This document shows, piece after piece, positions 43,545 through 55,300 of a stretch of DNA of 64,000 nt (the stretch's first letter is position 1; the number at the start of each line of letters is the position of its first letter). The position numbers were made by a program, and so were the translations under genes. Origin of the DNA: Octopus bimaculoides (taxonomy: Eukaryota); the NCBI RefSeq assembly GCF_001194135.2, contig NC_068984.1, positions 133,489,498 to 133,553,497 on the forward strand. The letters run 5' to 3'. The notes beneath the pieces were generated by a model. It saw only the letters and a list, made by a program, of their open reading frames with translations, was not told the origin of the DNA and searched no databases.

Positions 43545-45423
43545 AAAAAATTACTCATGGAGGAGATAGATACTCTGGCTCAAAGCATTTCTCAGACCGG
43601 AGTGGACAGAACTTATCAAAGCCTTCTCGATGTGAGCTTCTATCTTTGTGTAGCAGGGTCTGCTAATGCATCCTTTTTTTTTTTTTTTTTCCCCCCTCAA
43701 GCCTGTAGAATATTATTTGAACTTGGGTTCTCCTATTTTTTTTTTTTTGGTAGATTGACTAAAAAGTTTCATGATGGCATTCTCTCTAATGGAAGACATT
43801 GCAGTTGTGATCGTTGTCCCTTTCTCAGATCCAGTGAACCAAGAACCACATTATTCAGTGTGTAACTTATCCACTACAATTTGAGATGTGGATGAAATAC
43901 CACAGTAAAAAGAACCAATAACAAAAAGCATGTTTATATCGTGTGTATTTTTGTTTTGAAATGTGGTTTTCAAGGACACCTCTGTGTATCATCAATTGTT
44001 CAACTACTTGAGAATAAATTGAGTCTTACACTTACACAAAGATATATCTACTTTGTGACGCATGTATGTGGCTAATCTTTGAGTACATCATGTGTATATG
44101 ATCACATGAGAATTTTTTAATACAGTTTTGCCTATCTCTGTGAAGTATCTATGTAACCATTATGATACATTTGTATAAATATGTTATACATTTGTGATTC
44201 AGGTTCTGCTGAATTATTGTTGAGAGAGACAGATAATTAGACGAAGCAAAAGAGAAATAACGAGACAAAATGACCGATGGGTACTGTGAAAGATCAGTGC
44301 AAGATTAAATTTGTTATCCTGGCTTCATAAACTATAAAATTAGGGTTGATTCATGACATATGCTTAAAATGTTATGTTGGTGTACTTTTTGAATGACTAT
44401 TTAGGCGTATCGTCTGTGCCTATATGTATGCTTTTGTACATACATATCTGTAGAATGTAACAAGTCTAGCTCCAAAGGAACACAACATAAATTTTCTTTT
44501 TTAACTTTACTAGTACAATACATTTCTTCAGACATTGCTGTATTATCAAGCTTCTTCATATTACTCCTGAAACAAAATAAAATGGCCAAAAAGACGGTGT
44601 TCCTGTTTAATGTGATTACACTATGAGAAGTTTCTGTACTGTTTATCTCAGCAGGAATATTTCTGTTTTGGAATGCTCTAACATTAAGTCAGTGGACTGA
44701 TTTTATTTCATTAGTTTCAGACAGTGTGATTACATTTGCCTTGTTGCAAAATGATGGTAATTGGGAAGCTGTAATTTTATAATTACCCTTTGAAACTGCT
44801 GAACCTCTTTCAGTCCTATTGGAAACCTGTGGACTGTCATCTCTCAATGCCTGTCTGATGATTATAGATAGGAGACCAAGCTGACCGTTAAAAGCATCAA
44901 GTACAACAACATAATCCTCAGGTCTTTCTTTTTTAGTGGTGCCATCTTCAATATAAGTCTCATTGCTATTTAGGACAAAGTTGAATTGCATTGGTATGGT
45001 TTACTTCAGAATAACTAGTTTCAAGGGAACCGACCACCAACAACAGTTCATGAAATCTGCTACAATGCATATTCCTTAGTTCAATTTAAAACTGAAAGCC
45101 TAAGCTACTTGATCAAAAAAACGCACTTTTACACAACTGATAATATTTGAAACAAAAACAATGTGAAATTTTCTTGATGCACCTGTAGGAACATAACTAA
45201 TGACTGGCTTAACCCTCTAGTCTTCATTGTTTTGAATTAATCATGCATTATCTTGTGGCGGTGACTTAATTTTTAGAAAGATATTGTAGGGTTGATGTGA
45301 GAAACTAGATATGGCCGGTTTAAATATAAAGGGTTAAGATAAAATGGCAAAATTTCTAAGGCATCTATATCTTGTATTGCTGTCACTAAACTTTGAAGGC
45401 AAATAGCTCACTGAACTGATATG

Positions 45424-45603
45424 TATTGGATTGGTGCATAATTATTGCACCTTTTTTTTCCGACAATAACAATATTTAACAAAAACCTTTTTAGATGACT
45501 GTCTGCCAAGCAAATGGGAAGCAGTAAATGGTGAATATACTCTGGAATAATCATTTAAAGATGTTTTGAAAAAAAGCTGCAATAATTATGTACCAACCCA
45601 ATA
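45424..45603. mobile_element. Tc1/mariner MITE
   Basis: 25-bp TIRs TATTGGATTGGTGCATAATTATTGC / GCAATAATTATGTACCAACCCAATA (2 mismatches), TA ends. Confidence 0.85.
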
Positions 45604-46902
45604 ACATTGGCAAAGATGCAGGAACAGTAGTAGGGCTGAAATAGTGTTTGATAATAATTTACAATGAATGAATTATGTGTAAAAATGTTGCATTTGAATT
45701 GAATTGAACAGCAGAGGAACAAGCCTTTCAACAGCGTACCAACACTAGTTTTAGAAGGCTTTCATCAGACTACTGGATTGCAGAGATTTCTTATGGAGGA
45801 AATTTCTGGTATCAATTAATGCATTCTCAGCAAGTGATTGAATCTGTGAATCTTATTTGAAAAAAAAAAACTAGCACCTGCTTGTGGTCTTTCTATAGAC
45901 ACTCCTATAGAAGGATTAATATGACTGATATTCCATTTGAATTTCAATCTGTAGTGAAGTTGCATTAGTGATTCTTTCATGTTACCTTACATTAAAAGTT
46001 CCGTTAGTCTTCTATGGCTAGCTCCAAAGATCATTTTTGTGGAAGATCAAAAAGTATTCTTACAAACTGAACATGCTGAACACTTTACTCAAAAATTATT
46101 TTATTTCTCATTTTAGAAAAAAGATTATAACATGATATTTTGGTTTCAACAACTGAAAAGATTTTAAAACAACAGTTCAGTTATTCATGTTTTTGTTTTT
46201 CTCATAAACATTTAACTGGAGATTAAGAATGATTGTTCATAACAGAATAATGATTGAATGCTTTATGATTATTATCACACTGAGCATTAATTACACCATT
46301 GCTCAGAAGAGAGTCAATGAATTATAATATAATTAGCAGGCATAAAATTATAGCTTGAAGCTAGTCTAACAACATTTCTCACACAAACTGACAACTCTCA
46401 TATCAGCCGAAATTGTATAAAAAATGATTTTTCATTTTCCGGGATTTCATTTATCTTTTCTTTGTTTAATCAGCATATTTAATATTAGGTTTAATTTCTG
46501 TGAGACTGGTGGAAAAGAAGCTTGACAAAAATATTACAAATTTTCATTTAGTTATCTACTTGTTTGCAATATCCTTTCTCCATTCATCTGTCATTAACAA
46601 TGTTTTATTAGTAGGGCTGGGGTTTAGGCTTAATCAAGAAGCAACACCTTTGAGTTGGCAAAGGCAATTGAAAAAATATAATATAAATTCTATTAACAGA
46701 AGAAAAAGAAAAACAGTTTTTCTCACCAAAAACTAAAAAGAAATCTTTGTTGTCAAAAAAAAAATCAGTTTAAAAAGCTAATTAAAATGTAAATAAAACC
46801 GGGAGATACATCAAGAATGAAATTAAGTAGAAATGATTATCCAGTATCGAATTTAACTTAAAACCAAGTTGGGGTGGGGGGATAACAGCAATGATCTTTT
46901 AT

Positions 46903-47147
46903 TTAGCTAGCATAGATTTTTCGGTTTAGATTAGCTTCAGCTTTAGAAACAGCAGCAGGGATGTTATCTCGTGTACGGCTATGATACTTGAAAAATAGTT
47001 GTGGACATTCATGTTGTCCATTGGCAATTTTGTCACATTCCATCATCAAATCGTAGTTGATTTTATCACTGACCACCGAATCATTTTTGTAATCTTCATG
47101 GTTGGTAACAAACTGTCTTGTCCACTGAGCCATTGTCAAGAGATCTC
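46903..47147 (-). CDS. GCLC: GCLC last exon ([34 protein letters not shown]...KIYAS*)
   Basis: Matches the recalled GELMTVARWMREFIANHPDYKQDSVITDEMNY; starts phase 1; stop at 46903. Confidence 0.96.
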
Positions 47148-49154
47148 CTGTTTAATATCAGAAACATAAAAGCATTTATAATTCTGTACATTTTGTTTGT
47201 TAAACATTTCCCAAAAAAGATGGAAATGACAAGAAAATTATTCATATAAGTCACTTATCTTGCCTCTTTTTTTTTTTTTTCTAAAACATTTACAAGACAT
47301 TGAAAGTTCACTGATTAGATGTAAATTTTATTTATTCATATATATATATATATAAGCCTAGTTGTAGCATAGGCTTAATCTCTTTAGTTACAAGTGTTTG
47401 TGAAGGAAGATGCTGTCACAATATTCTAAGAAAAAATAAAAACAAATTTTAAACCAGAGTTGGGAGGAAGATTTTGTATTCACTCTCAAAGAAGATGAAA
47501 ACTCTTGGTGTCTCATTTACCATGTATTGCTTAGTCATTACAAAGCCAGGAACTTGAAAACCCACTCACTAAGAAGCAAATAAATAAATTTTTCGTATGA
47601 TTACCATCCAAAATCAGAATAAAGAGTTTTTACAAAGATAGACATCGTCAAGAAACTTCAATCACTTGTCCAATCTGATTAGGAAAGTAAATGCATTGCA
47701 TGATATTGAAATAAAAGACTATAAACTGGAGGAAGATTGGTTACAAGGAGTGATTCATTTTTCCTAACCAGGTGAGATGGCCTACAAAAGGTCAGGCCTG
47801 GCTTCACCTTGTAAATCTTGCCATAGCTGGTGTGGGTCAATGATGGTTGTCGTTATTTGACGTAAAAATAGGACTGATTAAAGAGAACCTGGGTCTAAAG
47901 ATGATCCACAAATCCTAGTCTAAAAGTAAGTTCTGGAAACAAGTTCCAAAAATAAAACAGAAAAACTCTGAGCTGAAGAAAACTAGCATGTGATTCATCT
48001 TAATTTTCATTCCAAAAGAATGTTCTACAGCTCAGTGGTTTGAAATGAAAAGACCAGTGGAATAAAGCACTTTCCTTGAAAACAAAGGCTGGCATAAAGA
48101 AGGATTAGTAAAGACTGCCTCAAGAAGATTTATTTAACTGATTAAAATGGATGTGAAAATGCTAACAATGATATGACAATATTACTGCGCATTACTCACT
48201 GTACTTTGTAAAAGTTTGTAAAGTCAAATCTCTTCCACAACCAGTATACAGTCCAGACATAGCTAAGTCTGGACGACATGCTGAGCATGGAATCAGCTCA
48301 GTCCCCTCAAGTTCCTAGAATTTATTCCAGGTCATTTGAGCCGTATGAGGTCTTGCATTGTCGTGCTGCAGAAGAGCTCACTTTCTGTTAACGATGCCAG
48401 GTATTTTTGCTGCACAATAGCATACAACTTGCTCCAGCTGTTCAGAGTACATGTCGGCATTGGTGATTCGACTGTCCAGAATAAATTCAGTGAATTATCC
48501 CCTCATAATTCCACCAGACGCAGAGCATCACCTTGTGTTCAAAACACCCATGTTTGGCAACAGGTTTTAAAAACCGGCCCTTGCTCAACCACTTGCATGT
48601 TAGGATTGCAGAAAAATATCTGCCTTGGATTATTACTTGTTCCATTTCATGGCTCACTTCATGTGTTTGCAACACTTCACCAACCAAAAGGAGGTGGAAG
48701 CTTTAGTAAAGAAGTTCTTTACCTCCAAGGACAAGAACTGGTATCATGTTGTTGTTGTTGTTGGCACTCCGTCGCTTACGACATCGAAGGTTCCAGTTGA
48801 TACGATCAAGGGAACAGCCTGCTCGTGAAATTAACGTGCAAGTGGCTGAGCACTCCACAGACACGTGTACCCTTAACGTAGTTCTCAGGGATATTCAGCG
48901 TGACACATTGTGACAAGGCTGACCCTTTGAATTACAGGCACAGCAGAAACAGGAAGTAAGAGTGAGAGAAAGTTGTGGTGGAAGAGTACAGCAGGGTTCG
49001 TCACCATCCCCTGCCAGAGCGTCGTGGAGCTTTAGGTATTTTCACTCAATAAACACTCACAACGCCTGGTCTGGGAATCGAAACCGCAATCCTATGACCA
49101 CGAGTCTGCTGCCCTAACCACTGGGCCATTGCGCCTCCACTAGGTATCAGTGTA

Positions 49155-49199
<45 letters not shown>

Positions 49200-52100
49200 T
49201 TTTTTTTTTAACTGGCAGAAAGGTGGCTTCAGACAGTGGACCTTGGTGGTCCCTATTCTGAATGCTAGACTACTTTTGTTGTAACTTGAATAAAGCAAAT
49301 AAATTACCAAAATATTGCAAAACTTTTAACTCAACACAATATTATGTTAAAGTCAAGCAAGGGTTGTAACTATGTTAATTACTAACTAAATACATTGCAT
49401 AATATATAGATATTTGTGTGTGTGTATGTGTCATCATCAGCATTTTAACGTCCACTTTTCCATGCTTGTAAGGGTCAGATGGTGTTTACCAAGGCAGGTT
49501 TTCCTTTGGACAGATGCTTTCCCTGTCACCAGCTGTCAACTGCTTCCAAACAAGGTAGTATTTCCCCATAGCCAAACATGTTTTCACAGAGAACTAGAAA
49601 TGAATGACCAATCACACACACACAGAGGCTAAGTAGTCAAGTATTAGACAACCGATTCCTTGACTACGAATTCAAACCTTTTTGTTGTAACTTGCCTTTG
49701 GGCAAGTTACATAACTCTTGATGTAGTTTAGCTAAAAGAAACTCTATTCTAGCATTAAGGATAAGTGCTTAGCGATAGGAAGAACATTCAAATGCAAAAA
49801 CAAAGGCTATAGTAACCAGGGCCGTGGAGTCAGAGTCAGAAACAATTAAGGGGTAGCTGGATTTGGAGTCGGTAAAACTATACAGACTCTGACTCACAAT
49901 ATCTTTATTCTTTAATACAAACCAGTTATAAGATATAACCCTACTCAAAGTACAAGCACAGGCATATATGCTTTATGAGATATGTAGACCACAATCACTT
50001 AATTACATAAAGAGGAGTCGGAGGTGCCAATAGTAGAGGAGTTGGAGTTGAAGTTTTTGTTTCGACTCCACAGCCCTGATATTCACACGCAAATAGGCAG
50101 AGCATTCAAGTGTGACAAGGAAAACCTTACTCATAAAGAAATACAGCATTCAAGTGTAAAAACAAAAACCCTAACACAAAAGTAGACATAGCATTCAATC
50201 GGGTGTAAAACAAGTAAGATAATGAACTAAAATATGACATATTTTGATGAGACAAATATCAGTGTTACAGCTGATCCTGTGTGGGACGGTGGAGAATAAA
50301 GTGTGTTGACAGCTTGGGTCACATGGATACAACAGTATTCCAAATGTGGCAAATACATAATTAAAACAATCAAAGCAGTTTTGCACAGGTTGTGAAAAGT
50401 CTTCTAGCTAATTACTCATTATCTACATTAAGAATTTCCTGACTATATAGTAATAAAGGTGACCATTAGCTATACAGAAGAAGAAGAGTTACTTCTACAT
50501 GTCAGCTCAGCTGACGCCAGTTTTCATTATAATAACGAACTACATTTTACAATTAAATGAAAACTAAATCATGATTTTACCTTTTATCATTTACTTGTTA
50601 CAGTCATTGAACTGTGGCCATGCTGGGGCACTGCCTTGGGGTTTAGTTGAACAAATCGACCCCAGTATTAAATACAATAAATTATTTTGCTTCATGTTCT
50701 GCTCTCTGCCCAATGATTTCTAGCATTGGTTCAAAACCATAGATTTTAAAATAGGGTAAAGACCCCCTTCGGTCATGAACGACCATGGGATTGTACCTAG
50801 AAAGTTAACCTCTAAGGCACAAGTTCAGGCAAGGTTGTTTATGGAAGACCAACAGTTACCCATTCATACCAGCCTCCAATGTTATCCAAAGGAAAGGCAA
50901 AGACCGATACAGCTTGGCACCAGTAACATCATAATTCATTTCTACAGTTGAGTGAACTGGAGCAACGTGAAATAAAGTGTCTTGCTCAAGAACACAACAC
51001 ACAGCCTGGTCCAGGAATCGAACTCACTACCTCATGATTGTGAGCTCTAACCACTGATTAATTCATTGGTACTTATCATATCAACTGGGATTTGGTCACA
51101 GAAAGTAGAAAGATGGAAATAAACACAGTACATTTTTTAGATCAACACTGTTTCTGCTTTTCCTTCACTAATATTATAATCACGGTAATAATTTCTTACA
51201 TTTCAAGAAGATTAATTTTGAAGAGGATGCCGTTGATAAAAATGACACCAGCACTTAGCTGAGACATCTATCCTTATTTGTCGTGAGTGTTTTGTTCCAA
51301 AAAACACCATGTTAAATGGATCAGAGGTAAATGAATACTAAAACATATGGAAAAAATAGGTTTCATTCCGAATCCCCAAGTCTTCCTGGGCATTGTGGGT
51401 GGTTGCTGGGGTGTCCAAGAAGAATCTTCGACTGATTGCCGACCCATGTTATCATGGATCAATTTGTGATAAGCATAACACAACTTACAACTGATTGTTT
51501 CATGTCACCTGCATGAGTAACGAACGAACCAGTAATAAACAAAGGTAGATGTATTTATTTCATCAAACATCATCATCATCATCGTTTAACGTCCGCTTTG
51601 CATCCTAGCATGGGTTGGACGATTTGACTGAGGACTGGCGAATCAGATGGCTGCACCAGGCTCCAATCTGATTTGGCAGAGTTTCTACAGCTGGATGCCC
51701 TTCCTAACGCCAACCACTCCGAGAGTGTAGTGGGTGATTTTTATATGCCACTGGCACGAAGGCCAGTCAGGCAGTACTGGCAACGGCCACGCTCAAAATG
51801 GTGTATTTTACGTGCCACCTTCACACGAGCCAGTCCAGCAGCACTGGCAACAATCTCGCTCGGATGTCTTTAATCCCTGGTAATATTTGAACTTATAAAA
51901 CAGGTGTCTTAGTAGTAGACAAAAAAAAAATCTGTTAACTGTTAGTCATTAAGATTCTAAGTATTCACTATGTTGAATATAAAACATTATAACATATTNN
52001 NNNNNNNNNNNNNNNNNNNNNNNNNNNNNNNNNNNNNNNNNCAATGTAATCTAAATATTTGTTGACCATAGGAACTAAACCAGGGAAATCTTCCTGTAAA

Positions 52101-52289
52101 AGAAATCATTTCATCTGAAGGATCATCATCATCATGGTTTAACGTCCGCTTTCCATGCTAGCATGGGTTGGACGATTTGACTGAGGACTGGTGAACCAAG
52201 TGGCTACACCAGGCTCCAATCTGATTTGGCAGAGTTTCAACCATGTAGTTGGTAAGCAAGCTACTTACCACACAGCCACTTCTGTGCCT

Positions 52290-52341
<52 letters not shown>

Positions 52342-55300
52342 CACTTTTTAAAGTCATCTCTGCAGATTAGAGCCAGCAGTGAAAGTTATGATGCTTTGTA
52401 TACAAATATGTCTATGTAAACAATGCAACTGAAGATAGAAAAATCAGTAATGGCTGTATATGCATATTTCAGGAATTCTAGCTCCTTCTTCAGCACCACA
52501 CTCGACTCACTGACCAGACACATTAATAGGCACAGGCATGGTTACGTGGCTAAGAATTTTGCTTCTGAACCAAAAGGTTTCAAATTCAGTTTCACGCCCC
52601 AGCATCTTGCGTTCTACTATATCTTCAAGCTGACCAAAACCTTGCAAATGGATGCCCTTCCAAATGCCAACCACTTTACAGTGTGGACTGGGTGCTTTTT
52701 AAGTGGTTCCTAAACTGGCAAGGTCACCAAGTAACTTTGCAAGACAAGTAGTCTTCGAGAGAGGAGGAGGCATTGGAGGAGGTGATCTTGTGTCAGATGA
52801 TGAAAGATTAGAGATGTTTATAATATTAAAATGTTGTAAAAGTTAGAATCTTACTTTTCCATTAATGATTTCATTTATTGTCATCAGGGTGTATTTTTCA
52901 TTGATCCGTTCACAACAACCAGCACATTCTGCAGCCTCGGGTGGTGAGTTCACTGTCAAAAAGTGATTACAAATATTAAGCAACAGATATTACTGATATT
53001 AAAGCCAAAGCTAAACAAGAAATTTTCATTAATTAATGAAGACCTATAGTAAGATATTCGAATATCATCATCATTCATTATCATTCGATGTCTGTTTCCC
53101 ATGTTGGCATCAGTTGGACAGTTTGACAAGATCAGACAAAGCTGTGGAGCTGCATCAGGCTCCAGTGTCAGGTAGATGCTTTTCCTAGTGCCGACCATTT
53201 AACAGAGTGTACAGGGTACTTTTTTGGGGGACACCAACATTACTGAAGAAGTAAAAGTGCAGCAAGGGTCACAAAACAAAACATTGCCATCTTCTTAGGT
53301 CTCACATATCCTTTGTATTGGAGAGCCTCATATAGTCTACATATGTTGTTGGCACTTCTCCTGTCAATAAATCGCCCATTCACTTCATACCTCTGAAGCC
53401 AAGAGAAATAAAGATGTCCCTTACTTGAAAAACAGGTAAGGGTTACTGATAGAAAGGGCATCTGGCTGTAAAAAACAATACCTCAATAATATATTAGGCT
53501 AACCAAGTAGTTGATAATATGTTGTTGTACAATAGGTTGGTGTCAGTAGAGAAGGAGTATCAAACTGGTATAAGTATTTGAATAAACCTCCAATGTTTAA
53601 AATACACCATGAAAGTTTATATGCCTGTATTGATTTACATAAGTTATTAGTGTAATGCATTGGGAAAATACAACACAACGTTAAAGACATAAGCTCATTA
53701 AGAAAGAGTTAAAACAGATTATTAGATTTTTTTGTCTTCCTTTTAAATTTGACTGAAAAATTTGGAAGTTTATGTGAATATCATATATCAATTATCTTTT
53801 ATTGAGATAAAAGCCTTCCACCCTGCTCTTGTTCTTGAGATTACATTATCCATGTCTCAACACATATTCTTAACTTTATGCTTCAAGAAGATGTATTCCT
53901 TTAGCATCCCAATTTTATTGCTTCCCACCTCTGTCTGATTTTGTGCTATGAAGAGAGAAGAACATCATTGATTGGCAACGACACAAAGCACCATGAAAAG
54001 GTCCATGCAAGGACTTTCATTATGAGAGCATATCCAAAATGAAGTAATTCAAGAATGAAGCAAAGTGAATGACGTCATTGCAGAATACCAAAAGCGCAAG
54101 TTCTGCAGGGCCAGACATGTCACAAGGTTCAGAGACAACAAGTGGACCCATGAAATTGCCAAGTGGTATACAAGAGGTTGGAAAGAGATACTGTTGTGGA
54201 GGACAACCCAAGTAAGAGAAGTGGGCTGTTCTACCACAAATAAATAGTGGACAGACACAGCAAGTGGAGTCAGATGGCAAGGTGCGCCATTCAGGCCAGT
54301 TGCGCAGACGACGAAGTTCGCTGTTATAATGTGGGACATATCAGTGTTGACCAAGACAACAGTGGCGATGAGAATTCGAACACATGCAAGACATAACAGT
54401 GTTAAAGAAGGATTTCGAACACACACAGTGAAAAATATTAAAAATTGCTACTGAAGAAGGATTTTAACTAAAAACATTAAAAATTCTGTTGAAGAAGGAT
54501 TTGAACTATACACAGTAAAAAAAATATTCTAAAATCTTGAAGAAGGATTTCGAACACACGTAGTGAAAAATATTAAAAAATCCTGTTGAAGGATTCGAAC
54601 TACATACAGTGAAAAATAGTAAAACTCCTGTTGAAGAAGGATTAGAACCACACGCAGTGGAAAATATTAAAAATCCTGTTGACGAAGGTTTCGAACACAC
54701 GCAAGATATAACAGTGGCGATGAAGGTTTTGCAAGATGCAACAATGGTGATGAGGATTCTAATTTTATGCACTACACAACATTAGGACACAGAAGAAGCA
54801 AAACAAATAATATAAGTCCATTTGAAGGATTTCAGTCAGGTCACTCATGTGTTAGTAGAGCTACCAGTAAGACTGTAAAGCCAGTACTACCTGGAGCATT
54901 CTGGAGGAAAAAATTTTGTGTATGAAATAGAACAAAAAAAAAAAATTTTTTTTAATAATACAAGTCTATTTGAAGGATTTTAGTCAGGTCACTATGCGTT
55001 GGTAGCACTACTGGTAAGAATTTAGAACTGGTACTACCTGGGGCATTGAGGAGAAAAAAATTCTGTGTGTGGAAGAAATGGAAATGGAATGTGAAAAAAA
55101 AAAAATTTGGAAAAAGATTTTGTTGTAATACATAGTTAAAAAAAATAATTCAGTGTGTGGAAGAAGAAGAAATGGAATAATAATAAAAAAAATATAATAA
55201 TGTTGTGTGAAGAAAAAAAAAATCTCAAAAGGAGAAGTGTTGTGGAGGACATCCTGAGTGAGACAAATGGGCTGTTCCACCACAAATAAATAACAGACAG

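Noticed and set aside
43741-46080. Additional exon-like fragments near 43760, 44720, 45750 and 46000
   Set aside because: Short frames with plausible splice words, but I could not join them into a phase-consistent ORF and recognised no homology.
54355-54760. CRISPR-like array
   Set aside because: Eukaryotic context, no unique spacers and no cas genes.
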